Source of the DNA: Epiperipatus broadwayi
Lineage: Eukaryota > Animalia > Onychophora
Length of the DNA stretch: 64,000 nucleotides
Direction: 5' to 3'
Assembly: GCA_028023455.1 (NCBI GenBank)
Contig: JAQFVV010000009.1
Coordinates: 15,314,001 to 15,378,000 of the forward strand
The notes beneath the pieces were generated by a model, which was not told where the DNA came from, ran no database searches, and saw only the letters and a program-made list of their open reading frames with translations. This document shows, one piece after another, positions 23,101 to 37,987 of the stretch. Within the stretch, counting starts at the first letter, position 1. The number at the start of each line of letters is the position of its first letter. The position numbers were made by a program, and so were the translations under genes.

Positions 23101-25289
23101 TAAATGCAAGAAATATGCAGGGCATTATAGCAAGAATTTAGAAATTGGAGGATAGAAAAGAATTAAAAAGGAAAAATGAAGAAAAGGCTCACAATCTAGT
23201 GTCAGAAGACCAGGAGAATCACTGTTGGAATGTCACCAAAGAAAGTGTGCCGAAAACTGAGAAAAATGATTAAAACAACAAAAATAAAAACATTACTTGA
23301 TAGTAAAAGAAGAGATTTAGAACTAAGTTAAAGACTATGGAAAAAATACTAGGAGAAAATGTGAGAAAGTGGCTAAATTTCTAAATAGCATTGGCATGAG
23401 ATAGCAAAATCAGAAAAGTACAAACAGAAGAGAAAGTAAGTTTGCCTTACAAAGTAAGCTATCAAATAAGGTTAAAAATGAAGCTATCATGATGTGCATA
23501 AATGTAGAAGACACATTCATATCATACTGATGAAACAGAAATATAAGTAAATTTAGAATTTTTTAGCTGGCTCTTAATCAATCTAGTTATTTTATCCTCA
23601 TTTTTATGACATTATATATATAAATGTAAACACAGGCACCTTTCTTATCTTAGCTGGAGAGCAAAGTAAGAAAAGAAAATCTCAAACTCTCATTAATTGA
23701 CAGATTAATAACGTTTTCTTCATAATCATTGTTCTATGAACGAATACTAAAGAATTTATATGCAGATACAAACACGTGTGTGTAACAGTGTGTATTATAT
23801 TTTAAAAATGAATTTTAAAAAAATCCATTTTTAATTTTATTTACTAAAAGTGAAAAAAATTCTTGAGTTCTCTACAAATGTTTCATTTACGATAAAGTAC
23901 TTTGCACATTCATCATATGAAATAAATTAACGACAACAAAAAAAATGATAAAAGGATGCTACTATATATTTGTTTTCCCTCCTCCCCTTCCTCTGTGTGA
24001 TTGAGTGTAATAAAATGCAGAAGAATTAATTGGGTCATTTGGGGTGGGTAATTGAGAATGCTATGATTTACTAGCTCAAATGAAATCGACATCAATATTT
24101 TATTTTTAACAGAAGGAGTTGCCTTACCAGGGTGTTATTTCCACTTTAAATTACTTTATTCACAACTTCTTGGTATTAAAATTTTATAAATCAAAGAAGG
24201 CCTGTTTTAGGCATTGCAATTGCTGAATGTGAGGAGGTAGTAAATGTCACCGTCAGAATTCATTTCTCCAGACAATTTTATGCATTCTTCAATCAACCAC
24301 GTTGGCTCAACTAGTAAAAGGCCAAAGATCGTGACTGTGTTGTGTCACTTCTTTGACAACACCAGAAGAAAATCATACAAACCACGGTTTCATTATAAAT
24401 CAAAGCATCCAAATGACCTCAACTAATGGTCATTTCACCCACCTGGCAAACTGACCATTTACGGCAGGCCTAATGTTTAAAATCACAGATGTCAAAAAAA
24501 AGTGGAATTTAAAAGATAAATGTGAAACCAAATACTTATTTGAAATCTGCTCTGAATTAAATCAGACAATGTAAAGCAAAATTATTGCCAACTGTGAAAT
24601 GAGCCTAACTCAAATTCACTTTAATTTTAAAAATAATCTAAATTAGAAAAATCAACAGTTTTAAAGTACAATAATTGTAAAACTATCTCCCTCTCTCTTC
24701 TATGATATTCTTCACCTCCACCCCTTACTCCGCATCATTAATCAAAAAAGATAAGTTAAAACTATAGTTCTTAAATAAATGAAAAATACATCTGGGAATA
24801 GGCATTATCATTTGCTTGACAGAATTAAATAAATGTTTCACTTTAAGACAAATGTTTAAACACTACAAAAAATAATTAAAGACATTAACCCTACTATTTC
24901 CATTGATAATTTGAAGTGCAATAATGTTTAAAAAAATATTGAACTTCTATTAAATATTAATAAATTGCTAGTCAAAGTAATATCTATAATATTAAAAGGA
25001 AGCATGTTATAATAGCAACTAAAACGAGTACCATCAATGTTACAACATAAAATAGACAATCTTCAGAATTAAAATTAGTTAATAATACTTTTTTTCATCA
25101 CATGAAAATTTATTTGTAAAACAAAATTTATTATTTGTAGTAAAATTATTGGAAAAACATTCCTAATACTCTGTCACAAATTTTTATGATAGGGATCGCA
25201 AATATTTTTCCACACTGTGTCCAATTAATCCCTAAAATTTAATAAATAAATGTCAATAAAAAGGTAAATCAGGAATTCAATCCTTGTAG

Positions 25290-25800
25290 AAGCATGATAT
25301 TTCCATCAGATTGAAGGCTATATCATATCACAGTTATGGATGTATATATTGTTTATAATATTTAAATTTATGTATATTGTCTATACTAGACTTAATGTAA
25401 TTATAAGGAACTTGAACTCAGACTTTCAAGCTCTCTACATCTATCCAATCCATATTACACAAAGAATACACACAATCACATACATATGCAAAAGATGATC
25501 TCCAATATACGTATTGGCATTAATAAAGGCTTTGAGCATTTCATCCTTAGATTTTCAATGAAATGAATGGTTGAAAAGTTGGAGAGTCAAAAAGATTGAA
25601 GTTTGTTCATTAAAGTTTGGAAGATTTCTATCTTAATATAAACTGAGCACTGATGGCATAATGAATGTTGGTTCAGCATGAAATACATATATTGAAGATC
25701 ATTTATCTTTTTCATATTTATGTGATCATGCATAGTGATTGTATGAGATGAATTGGAAAGATGTAGGGAGATTGAAAGTCTGAGTTCAAGTTCCTTATAA
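25290..25800. mobile_element. Penelope family B 3' terminal fragment with inverted partial copy and hammerhead remnant
   Basis: 25405-25515 is the reverse complement of about 25680-25800. The direct arm has ATGA ATGTTG gtt CAGCAT GAAA TACATA TA ttg. The upstream part reads like a Penelope C-terminus (FN-M-G-K-G). Same family as 51940-52260. Confidence 0.7.
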
Positions 25801-26109
25801 TATTGTTTATAAATAAACACATCAACAATTATCTTACTAATTCAGATTAATTTAGAATCTTTACACTCTAGCTCATCATCATTACCAACTATCCACTCAT
25901 ACATGAATAAGATCATTCTAACTAAAAAAAAAGTTTAGAGTCAAAATAGTTATATAGAATAATTAGTTATTAACTGACAATCTGAAACAAAAATCCCAAT
26001 CCAGCTTGTTACATGAAAAATTTTCAAGCAGCATACATAAAATATTAATTAAAAATTAAGATAAATAATAATTTCCATTAAATTGGCTGTCAGCTTGTTG
26101 ATAAACTAG

Positions 26110-28670
26110 CAATTCTATATTTACAAGAGTCTCCTGGGTTTGATCCTTTCATCTCGATCCCTTAGGGATCTTCACTCAGCATGCTATTATTCATAGCATA
26201 TATCAATCTGCTGCTGAGAGAGATCGAGAGGTCACTTCCAGGAATATATATGCCTGCCATCAGATGGGAAATAAGGTACATCAGTTATATGGATGATGTA
26301 CTTGCCTGTCTCCCAGTAAATATATACCCAAATTAGAAGAAATTTTATCCAATTATACCAACAATTTCAAATTGAAATTTAACATGACCAAATCAGCCAT
26401 GTGGAAATTGCTGAACAAAAAGAAAATAAAAACAAATTTATGGCAAATCCACAAAAATTTCTAGGTTTTGACTTTTGATTTATAAAAATGAAATGAATTG
26501 ATGAGACACCAAATCAAAGAATCACTACAAAGCTCAATACAATGGACAATCACTTCACTTACCAGGCTATATATCTCATTAAAGGGGAAGGTCACACTAC
26601 TCAACTCGCTGGTATTTCCAAAAATCACCTATTTTCTGGCCGGGATATGCCTATCCAGAAAATTCGCTCAAAAAGTAAATGCCTTTTGTACTAAACTGTT
26701 TTGGGGATGAAAGGTCACCACTATCAGTCTCCGACCATTACAAACACCAAGAAGACTTAATGGCCTTTTGCTCCATTCTATTAAAACACTAATTATACAA
26801 AATAACTATAACTCACTATTTACTATAATAAACAAATACCCAACTATATCATTCAAAAAATACATCACCCCTAAGGATCAACCCCCATCAGCTAATAACA
26901 AGTTGATTAGTTTTTTATATACACTGGTTCCACAGAAAACCCACATTAAAAAAAAATCGCACAAAAATAGACTTAATTTACCTTGAAAAATGGGGATAGG
27001 TGCTGTATTTTTCAGAATTCACATAAAAGCAAAGCAACAAGGAAAAATTACTTTAAAATTAGCATTAAAAAATAAGCAAATAAAGTATGACTAATAAAAA
27101 ATTTCAAATATTTGAAAAAATTTAATACAAGACAAACTTTTTTTATTAACTGCAGTATTTAATTTTACATTTTTCATACATATTTTAATCATTACCAGTA
27201 GCATTCATTTCTAAACTGGTAAGAAATCAGATTCGATGTGATGTATTGTGGCTTCTCCTTAAACAAAGTCAAGAATCTCTCAGCAATTATACCCAGAAAA
27301 ACCTGTTAGCCACTTTATTTTTATTCGTGATGTGATGTACAACTAGTGCCACTTTTAGTCTTGTTCTATGTTAATGGTTTTCTGTTTCTATATTAAAAAA
27401 ATGAGGTCACAATCAAAACAAAAAGATTATACATTATCATTAGAAAGATTATTTTCAGTTTATAAAATCTTCGTTTTTTATTTTAAAAATCTAAAAGATT
27501 ATTTATTTCTGTTATATATAACAAAATACATTTTAAAAGTTTAAATTTTTTGAATATTTATTGTGATATTTTTATATGTAAGTATAAATCTATTATTATT
27601 ATTATTTACTCATTAGTATAAATAGGTTATTTACATAGAAGCTAAGATTCTAAATATAGCTTCAGGCCATATTCATGTTAGCTGCTAATATAACGTTATA
27701 TTTTTGAGAAAAAAAAGTATTTCACGTCAAAATAAGTTATTAATAATTTAAATTTCTTGATATCTAATAAATATAGTGAAATATGAAAAATATTAAGAAG
27801 AAACATGAATCGCATAACTTCAAAATCACATTAAAATAATCCGCATAAAACGAGACCCAGATGTACAAATATTCAAATGGTAATTGACATAAAAGAAAAC
27901 CCAATCACAAATAAAATAAAATACTGGAGAGCACATAAATTACTAAATGGAGAAAAATGCATAATCGATGGAAAATTGGACATCACCAATCAGCAACTGA
28001 TATATAAATCTCGTTACTGGTTCATCAAACCAAAGTACCAAGACTTTATAATCAAATATAACCTGGACTCCCTACCCATGAATGCCTATCTGGCACACCG
28101 AAGAAATATAAAGAAGATAGACCCTGTGTGCCAGATGTGCAGCAGGTAAGAGGAGTCCATCGATCACATATTTATAAGATGTAATAAATAAAATTACCAT
28201 AGAACACTTCTCACAAGATGGATAAACAATCCATTTGGGCAATTCATACCCATTAAACGGTGCATCAAACAAAGCATTTATGCAGAAATAAAGACTTACA
28301 ATCTTCATGTACTTTGCATTATGGTGCATATGATGTAAAATCACTATTGGGAAATTGGTAGATCCACAGGAAATGGAACTAAAGAAAATCATAGAAAAAA
28401 TCAAACAAAGAGATAATTTAATAGCTCCAGGTTATTTGCTAAAGGTCACTTGGAGAAACTTCAAATAAAGACAATAGCTAAATCTGCAGAAGTGAACTGC
28501 TGGAGAAGCAATTATACATAGAAGTAAATACATTAAAGCTGAATGATTTACATCTGAAATCGTAGTCTAACAAAAAAAATAATTTATATTATATTGTAAT
28601 AGCATGTAATAGCAAAATGTAGGTTTGTATCGCATAATAAATTTCTCTTAATAAAAAATAAATAAATTCA
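26110..28670 (+). mobile_element. 5'-truncated degenerate L1/Tx1 ORF2 (RT to zf-RVT) with A-rich tail, interrupted by a MITE
   Basis: (G)D-LSMLLFIAYINLLLR, YISYMDDVL, LLNSLVFPKITY, KLFWG, then LDSLPMN...PVCQMC...ESIDHIF..C. Ends in aataaa and an A-rich tail at about 28636-28668. Confidence 0.8.
26922..27863. mobile_element. TA-flanked MITE (Tc1/mariner-pogo type), left TIR partly deleted
   Basis: Colinear with 40326-41304. Right end ccgcataaaacgagacccagatg followed by TA; left end TA followed by cactggttcc. Confidence 0.85.
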
Positions 28671-29140
28671 ATTTTATAAAGCTGCTTCAAGACAATTATT
28701 GCATTAATAAGAATAATTGTTCAAAATTATAATTTGAAAAAAAAAAAAAAACCAGTTAATTAAACTGCTGATACTATTCTCATAAATCTGAAAAAACTGA
28801 TTAATGAATTCCATTCAGTTAAAATTATATTTATCCCTCCCTCCACCTCCATAGTTCATATATGTTTAACCAAGTACGAATAACTAAATCTATCTTCAAG
28901 ATGTCAATAGTTTTAAATAATTATTTATGTCTTTATTAGAAAAACTGCCGTCAATTTGTTAGAAAAGGTTTACAAAAAAATTGTTTGTTGAGATAACATT
29001 TAAACAATATATTTCATTTAAGACAATAAATTTAAATTAACTGCATTTGCAATAGGACGAAATTTTAAAAATCAAGGATATTTTGTTGATAATACCAAGA
29101 ATCTAGAACAGAAAGCATTTTAAAGACTATTACTATAAAG

Positions 29141-31729
29141 GCGCAGTCACCAACTTTTCCGATCTCATGGATCACTAAATTCATAATTTTAAACCCTGTG
29201 GATCACTAATATGATTTTTTTTTTTAAAAAAGTAAATACATTTGTAAAATAATGATCAGAGAACTTTCATTTTATTAATATGAAATGCACCTATTTAATA
29301 TAACAAAATTATAACTGCTTATTTTAATCATAACAAAATCTTTAAAGGTTGTTTAATTGTAACAAAATTATTAAAGTTAATTTAATTATTACAAAATAAT
29401 TGAAAATTATTAAAGAATTATATTAATTTAGTGTGACATTTGTTCCTGTTTGTTTGAAATAAGTTTATGGATTTTTCACTCTAATGACATTACTGCAAGA
29501 TGGAGAGCCATATTATTTCAAGTCAAGATCAGTAGGAGTTTTAATTGTTGTGACAAATGAAAATATGTTTTCCCATAAATATTGTTGAAAACTGAATGAA
29601 AATTTTCATTATTTTTTCATTTAGAAATGGGTATTCAATTTTTATGGAAAGCCAAAAATAAAGTTTTGATAATGATGACTGGAATTTAGCATTGAGATTG
29701 TTGTTGGATGATAGATCGATGAGGCTTTCTGTTTCACTCATGCTTAAATTATTATCTTCAATGTTTGCTGAAAATTGTTCTATTATCCACATATTTCCAT
29801 GTCTGGAATGTTCTTTCTTTGGGTAATAATGACCAAAAGATTCTGTAAGTAATTGTCTAAGTGCTGTTGAACAATAGTTACCATCTGCTGGTTGATATCT
29901 TTTATATATTCATCAAAATTTGAAAACATTTTCAGATCTTCTTCAGCCAACCACCTTTGCCACAGTAATATTTTCTTTTAAAAAGCATCCATTTTATCTC
30001 TAAGTATGAACATATCCTAAAGTTGTCCTTGCAAGGATATGTTTAATTCATTTAACAGCAAAAAATACCTGCCAGGTATGAAAGCTTGGCTACCCAGTCA
30101 TTGTCATACAAGAGTTCTTTAAATTTCAGATTTTACTGCTGGAAAAATCATCTAACTACAACACGCAGGGCAAACACTTGGGTTAGTATTTTGCCCCTCA
30201 TCAGCCATCTCACTTCAGCATTAAAAAAACATAAGTATACTGGGAACCAATTTTTTCACAAAGTGTCTCAAATACTTCATGTAATTCTGAAGACTTTTTT
30301 TTCACCGCAAGTTGCTCATGATATATTGTGGACAAAATCTCTGGGTGATCAACATTTTTCATCTTTGCAACAATTCTTGAAAGATGTCCAGTCGTGTTTT
30401 TGGCACTGTTTGTATATATCCCAATAGACTTTTTTCATTAAATTGCATATTCCAGAAAATAAGTATTAAGAGCTTCAAAAACCTCAGAGCTAGTTCTTCT
30501 AACTGGCAAGAAAGTAGTTTTTGCTATAACTCACCTTCACACTCAACACTCACAAAACAAAGGAGAAGTATCTTGTTACTTGTGTCAATTTTTATAATTT
30601 GATTTTCAATATCTTCAGCCATGTCCTCAATTCTATGCTTGATAGTATTAGTGGACATAGGAATTAGTTTCAGTTTCTAGACAGCCTGATTTCCCTAAAG
30701 CTTTTCACAGGCTTGAAACATATTTTGGATTAATTAATTCTTTTCCAATTATATATAAATATATATAGCTATCAGACAAAAAGCCTTTAATATGGATTTA
30801 TCTTCAACAGTCATTTTTGTTTTAAAAAAATTACTTGCTTTTGCATATTTTAATGCATTCTTTTAAAATATTCAAGTAGTTTCTTAGCTAAATCTGGGTG
30901 TTTTTACTGCAAGTGTCTTCAAAATTTTGAAGGTTTCATAGCATCATTGGATAAACTCTTAGAAGACATAACCCAAAGCAGCTATAAATCCAGTTCACTA
31001 CCAGGTTCTTGAATAAATCAAAATTTCAAATAGTTTGAATCATATTTTCTTGATACATTGACTTTTATATTCTCTCCACTTCCAGCTCAAATGTTCTTCC
31101 TAATAATGGTGCTTGACAAGAACTGTGGATGCTCTGATTCATTGATCAGCTCATGGTTAAGTAAAGTACACATATTACTATTGTTATTATTATTATCACT
31201 AGTTATATTATCTTTTGGATTACTAAAAAAATGCAAAATATTCCTTTGCTTTTTTTTCACTAATTATGGGTTTATTTTATTCAAATCTAAAATTAAACAA
31301 AGACAAACTATTTGATGCCTCAAATATAACAGTTAAAGAAAATACTTAGCTAAGACCATACTTACCTAAAAAGAGCATCTAAAACATAAAGAAAATAAAA
31401 CAATTAGATGAGAATCATATTCACAGAATGAGGTGACTGTTGTAATGGTTTTGTGCCTTTCCTGTTTCTTCTTCTCTAGCACATTTCATGAACTTAGTGC
31501 AATATAAAGGTGAAAATTGTCATACAGAATATAAAATTTTCTTATGCTTAGCATTTAATATTTTTTGCACTCTGTGTAGCTTCTCTTTCAAGGGCTTCAC
31601 ACCCTTTTAATTTGATATATTAAAATATTTTTGTTATATTATTAATAAAACATAAAAAATGCAAATAATGTCCAGATTTTTCTATGATCCATCAAAGTTT
31701 TCTTGTAGACCATCGTTTGTTGACCACTG
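29141..31729 (-). mobile_element. Degenerate hAT transposon, Buster/Charlie (ZBED5/SCAND3/FAM200-like) transposase
   Basis: Minus-strand fragments RKYDSNYLKF.FI..., LSNDAMKPSK, EQFSANIED..LS.SE.ESLIDLSSN..L, FWLSIK.EYP.L. Termini gcgcagtcaccaac and gttgaccactg. 8-bp TSD ctaTAaag (29133-29140) / ccaTAaag (31730-31737) fits the Buster nnnTAnnn preference. Confidence 0.85.
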
Positions 31730-32878
31730 CCATAAAGCATCATCTATTCATGAAATCTGATGGTCATATGCTCTACCAAAGTATTATTTTCAAATTATTG
31801 TGATGATTTGCAAGAATGTTAATTAATTCTCTCTATTTCACATATGGTTTTAATCCAAGTTCATTGTTTTCAATTGTATTAAACCTTGCCAATGCTATTC
31901 TCTGATAGCATTAGTCCTTGATGCCAATGTTTCTGGCTGCTACTACATGTGTCTACTTGGATCAAAGTTTGTCCAGGTTTGAATTTGCCGCAATCTAAGA
32001 TACAGATAACATAATTTTCATGGTTAAGGAAATATAGAAATTATGTTTCAATATTATATTTTTGATTCATCAGAAACAGATCCAGAATTTTTTTTACCTA
32101 AGACTGTTTCTATCATTAAATCAAGCTGATTAAAAATAACTAATTACTGAGTATGGTAACATATATTATACCAATTACAGCATAAAATACATTAACACTA
32201 CAATTATTGCAATAGTAATAACTTCCAAAAATGATTGTTACACTTTTCCAAAAACATTTTGATTCTGAAACAGAGTGAATTTTATTTGTGATGGTTATAT
32301 CCTGGACCAATGTGACTTTGTATATAATTTTGCCCCATTTAATGATTTATTTTAAATAATAATGAATTTATATATTTGTTTTTGTTTTGTATCTAGATGG
32401 TAAGTATATTCAGAGAATCTTTGGTTATTTTTATAATTATTAATACTTTAAAAAGATTCATATGATGAAACAGAGAAAATTTTCTACACAACATTTGGAA
32501 AGGCTTAACACAATTATTTTTTTAGTAATTTTAAAAATATTTTTGCACAGAATTTTATCAGCATGAACTAGTCAATTTTATAATTAGTTATCTTTGCAGA
32601 AGTGTAGGATAAAATAGTCTACACAATGCAAGCAAGTTTTATCTTGTAGATAATTTTCTTTTCTTTCATTCTGTATATTGCAAATGACAATAGAACTTTT
32701 TGTAGAAGAAACAATTACATATAAAATTATTAGAAGAAATTGATGATTGGCTTCAGATGTGCATGATTTTAATTATATTTTACAGGTTAAATAAAAATGA
32801 ATTATTTCAATGCAAAATTACTTTTAATTATAAAAAGTTATTTATTATTACATTATTATTTACATTTTTAAATATTAG

Positions 32879-34685
32879 TGTAACAGGTAGCATGTTTAAA
32901 CTCTGCTACAAGGGCCAACTACTTATCACCAAACCTTTACTTAAATTTGACACATATGTATATGTATGGTAGACATATAACCAACATACATATATATGGA
33001 AAAATAGATATTTTCTTTTTTAAATTATAGATATTATGAGAAGACATTAAAACAAAAAATAAATAATTTATGTATATGCATAAAATCTAATTTGGAAATC
33101 TATTGAACTCCAACATTTTTTTTTATTATCACTGTAATAAATCTGGAATTTGGAGATAAAGACACTTTCATATATATATATATTTTGTTTATTCGTCTTT
33201 CCACTGTTATATCTCCAAATTCTTGGAAAATCTACATTTACAGTAAAAGTTATTTTTTCCCACTTTTGTTCAAATTTTGTAATCAGACAAAAGAAAGTGG
33301 ATGTAATGTACAAAAATAGTTTTTAATCAGAGCAGATAAACATTAAAAATAATTTTATTTTAAACCAATCTGATAAATAATAAGAATGTCAATTAAAATA
33401 TTTTCAGACTGAAAATCGATTGTGTGCTGAAATATTTGTATATTTTTTTATGCAATTGATTTAAAGAAATGGAAGAAAAAGAAAAAATATTCAAGAAGAA
33501 AATTCATGGCATCCAGGTAGGCAAAGGACAGAGAGGAAAATAGATATTATTATTAAGCTGCAAACAGGCCAAATGAGTAAAATCAGAGTCTGAAAAAAAT
33601 AAGTGATGTGAATAGTGGGAAAGCTAAAGCATGTTGGGCTTCTACCTAATATGCTGTAAATGTAAATAAGTGGAAAGATTGATGCCTGCCTATCACTATA
33701 AAATATGGCTTTAAAGATATCTGCTGACAAATATAGAAATCTTAAATGTGACTTTCAACTGAAAATTGGACACCCAGAAAAGAAACAAAAAATGAACTGT
33801 TCATAATAATGTAAGTTTACCTGCATGTAGTAATTTTATCCGTTCCTGAGAATAAAGGTATTGTTTTGTTATGTATATATTTTTAAATGTTTTATATCTA
33901 TCAAATATGTTTTAAATGCAATAAAGAAAGAATTTTGAAAAAAAATAGTATGTTAACCATTATATTTAAAAGTGTTTAAGCATATTGTACCACTATTAAA
34001 TGTTTGGAAATCAATAAATAAAAGATTTTCGATATATGTTTTCTCATAATATATAAGTAATTGTTTTTATAGTTATAATCATTTACTTACTTGTATTATG
34101 CATATGTGTGCAGATTTTGGCCAAATTTATAAAGTAAATAATTATTTTAGGTTGATGAAATAACAAATTCTAACAAATTTAGAATTAGATTTTACTAGCC
34201 CATTTTACAGAAAGGTACAGGAAAGAGATTTTATATGCATCATAAAAATTACTCAAATGAATGTCATACCTTTTTACTCATGAATGATCTATGTGCACCC
34301 ATCATCACCACTCCCTGAGATAGTGACTTAGAATTATTGGGTGAATATGTCAAATGAATATATGAGAAATCAATGTGTAAAGATTACAGGTGTAATTCAT
34401 ACTGTATCCAGTAGATTGGTGCTTAAAATCAATAGGTCAATGCTCATAAATACACTGGGGACAATTTAATATATCTATCTTAAGGGAGTTATTTTATTGG
34501 GGTAGATCCATTACCTGTATGGTATCTCACATTAAATTATTATTATTGTGTGTGTGATTAAATGAATATTAAATTCATATCACTAAATGGTGTGAACCAA
34601 AAATTTGTTTACACATAGGTTTGATGATAACTGTATGTCCGTCATTAGTTAAATTAAAGGGAAAGAATAAATTATATATGTTAAC
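32879..34685 (+). repeat. Gypsy 5' LTR (about 1.8 kb)
   Basis: Starts tgtaacagg and ends tatgttaac. Aligns to 44418-45273, then 49182-49759, then 50639-51297. Confidence 0.8.
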
Positions 34686-36299
34686 TTTTTCATTGTTCAA
34701 AACACCTATTGGACGAGTAATTAAAGTTCTAAACTTTTGATTGGTCAATTACAAAATCAGCAGTAAACATATATTAGTCTTTTAATATTATATTCATTTT
34801 AGTTTTGTTTGTAAAAAAATTGTCAGATTATGAAAGTGAATGAAGGTTTTTTCAAAAATAAATTTCTATTTATAATTATAAAAATATTTTAAAGCAGAGA
34901 ACCTAAAAAGAACGTTCGTAACCTATTAAAAAATGTTGCGTACATCAATGATTTTCTTTCTCAATTTACGTTTGTGTAAAAGTAAATAATTTTTACTAAA
35001 ATCTTAACTATTTTTCTAAAATAATTTTATTTTCAGCACATTTTATCAAAATAATTTACAATATGTAAAAAAAAAATACTTAAAAAAATACTCTAAAATA
35101 TTCATTTTCACTTTCAAAATCAAAACAAAGAACTTGGAGTGGTGAAAATTGTTGACAAGCACTTCCTTTTGTTTACTATGAGCAACAATCAATCAGCACC
35201 TAGGAAAATCCGCCTATTCCCATTGTTAAAACTTTAAATTTAAACATTGATTTTTTTACTTGTGAAATAATTCTAGAGAGGACAGCATCTTATGGTACTT
35301 TTTAAGCTTTAAAATGAACATAAATCCATTATGATAATGTAAAAACTACTGTTTTTAGAGCAAGTTAAAGCCATGTTTGTCGAGAGATGAAGACTCCACT
35401 TAACAGGTTAAATAAGAGGTACACCAATTACCATGGACTCCCATGATGGGACTTTGAAAAAAAGCTCAACTGAGGAGAGATGAAAGAGTCAGAAATTAAT
35501 AAAATAAAATTAAGCAATAAATAAATAAGTAAGGCAGAAATGAGACAATATCATACTTCAGGGATTGGGCAGTGAGTCCAGCATGTTGATAATAAATAGA
35601 CAAGGAAATTATAAATAGAAATAATACAATGGATAGGGAATTGATGAAAATAAAAACATTTGAGGGTGAAGGAGAAGGCACCAATAGAGCATTTTAATAG
35701 CTTACAAAGGTATTTTGATAGCTACCAAATACCAGAGGAATATAAAATAGTGATAACATACAATCACCGGAAGGTATGCCAATGATGGAATTTGTTTTTA
35801 TCCCAACCCCATTCCTTCCCAGAATATAAAAACAGGCCTAAAGAAGACTGTTTTGGACTGAAGAACAACAGGACAACACTAGATCTAAGCTAATGAAACA
35901 AAAGTTTCAGGGGGACAGTAGAGAGGTTACGTGCAATTTTTCAGACAGCAAGTGGCCATACTGAATGCATTAGAAGCATGTGAACTTTCCAAAAACAAAT
36001 TATAGGAATGGTATGTATAAACTTACATTGGGAAATAAAATGGATGTTGGGAAATGAGAAAGGCAGATCAGTGAAAGAGACAGACAAAATATTGGATCAG
36101 TTGGATGCAAGTAAACAAATGTGATGGATTGAAGATTAAAAATTTATAACAATAGAAAAGGCAGGAATCCCAGAAATAAAGGAAATGGGGGAGGAAATTA
36201 GGCAATGTGAATGAAGCAAAACTAGGCCACCAGTGAAATAAAAAGCAAATGGAAAACTTGGTGTGCTTATGGGAAGACCAGGTCCCATGCTATGCTCAC

Positions 36300-37670
36300 A
36301 GACATCCTAAAATACTCATACCAGTGGGTCAGGTAAAAGTGGAAACACTTGTAGACTCAGGTAGACAAGTTTTGGTGATAGCAGAAAGATTATACTGCAC
36401 AATAGTGAATGAGAAACCTGATATACCCACCCTCCCACTAAAGTCAGGTCAAGTGACAATGGCGAATAATAAGAAAGCTAAGGTAGATCCCAAACAAATA
36501 TGGGTAAACATTCAAATTTAACAGGAAAATTTCACATGATCTTAATTATGAAGGATTTAATACATGATGCCTTACTTGGGTCAGATTTTTTACATAAATA
36601 TAATGACACATTGGTTTATAAAAAATGGACAGGCCACAAGCAAAAATGAAACAAAGTTTTAACACCTGATTTATACAGCTCAATAGTAGTATTACACACA
36701 TTGCTAAAAAGCCAATGGACTGCATTATCATGGAAAAGGTGTGTGAGGCAAAGATAGCCAGGAGAAATTGGGAATGCATATTGAGGCAAACATTAGAGAA
36801 CTATGATTAGATTTTTTCAGATATACCAGGTACATTCCAGGGATTCGGACAACAGATCAGACTAAATAAAAAACATTTAAATCTAGGTCATTTTCAATCA
36901 CTCATCAATATAGGGGTGTGTTAAGAAACAAATAGACCAGATAATGGAATGGGGAATTATAAAAAAGTTCATCCACATATTGCAACCCACTGGTGATTGT
37001 AAATAAAAAAGATGGTGCAGTGAAGTTGTCTTGATGCTTGCCAGCTCAACATAGTAATGATTCCAGATTATAATGTTCCACTAACAATGCAAAGATTATT
37101 AGGAAGATTCAGAGGAAAGAGAATTTTCTCGATATTTGATTTGACAACTAACTAGTGACAAATCAAACTTCACCCCAAGGATTGCAAATATACAGCATTT
37201 CAATATGAGGGCTATTTGTGTCAATTTAACAGGATGCCTTTTGGTTTGATAAATAGTGAGATGGAAATGTTGAGATCCTGGATCAAGTATTATTAGTAGA
37301 AATAAAAGATTTAATCATGATGCAATGTGTAGTGGTATCAGCAACTGTTGAAGATAATATAAGGAACATTGAAATGTTCCTAAAGGAATGCATGAGCAAA
37401 TCTAAAAAAAGTATGTTATTTCAGGATGACATTAGATTTTTAGACCATGTAGTGGAGGCACAAAGTATTAGGCATCACCCCAATAAAGTATTTGCCATTA
37501 GAAACTCCCCTATACCCAAGTTTAGGAAATAAATTCAGTCATACTTTGATCTATGCAACTTTTACAATAGACTGGAACCATTAGTAGGAAATGTTCCTTG
37601 CCAATGGACACTGAAACAAAATTGGACAGTTGCAAGTGTCAAAGAAGGGTTTATGAAACGTGATGTTATT
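36300..37670 (+). pseudogene. Gypsy aspartic protease and reverse transcriptase (disrupted)
   Basis: VETLVDSG protease motif. YCNPLVIVNKKDGAVK, FSIFDLT, YTAFQYEG.L.QFNRMPFGL and IRFLDHVV RT motifs, with stops and frameshifts. Confidence 0.85.
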
Positions 37671-37839
37671 GTTATTTTCCTGAAGATTTGTGATGTTGGT
37701 GTTGTAGTTGTGTTTTTATATTGGACTATTTCCATCATCTAATATATGTATTGAATGTCTTTAGAAAAATTTAACTTTATTTAAATATTTCAAATACATT
37801 CAACTATTAGTAATAGCACATCAAACAGGTTAGTATATA

Positions 37840-37880
37840 CACATTTCGAAAGGTATTAGTTTTCCCTCTTCTTCAGGTGT
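37840..37880 (-). ncRNA. Minimal hammerhead-like motif in the Penelope terminal repeat
   Basis: cac CTGAAGA A GAGGG aaaactaata CCTTTC GAAA tgtg on the minus strand. Confidence 0.55.
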
Positions 37881-37901
37881 TGCTGGCCTGACAAGTGGCA
37901 G

Positions 37902-37987
37902 TACTAGCATGAGATTCGAACCTGGGTCCTTAGATTCTTGAGTTTTCAATTTTAAGGTAATGCTCTAACCAATGGAGCTATTCTGCC
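37902..37987 (-). ncRNA. tRNA(Phe)-like Pol III module (A and B boxes) in the Penelope 3' UTR
   Basis: ggcagaaTAGCTCCATTGGttagagcatta...atctaaggacccaGGTTCGAATCtc. Starts about 30 nt after the inferred ORF stop (about 38019-38021). Confidence 0.75.

Noticed and set aside
22600-23500. Purine-rich K/E-biased stretch as a gene
   Set aside because: Stops in all frames. Probably an old gag/ORF1 remnant, but no diagnostic motif was found.
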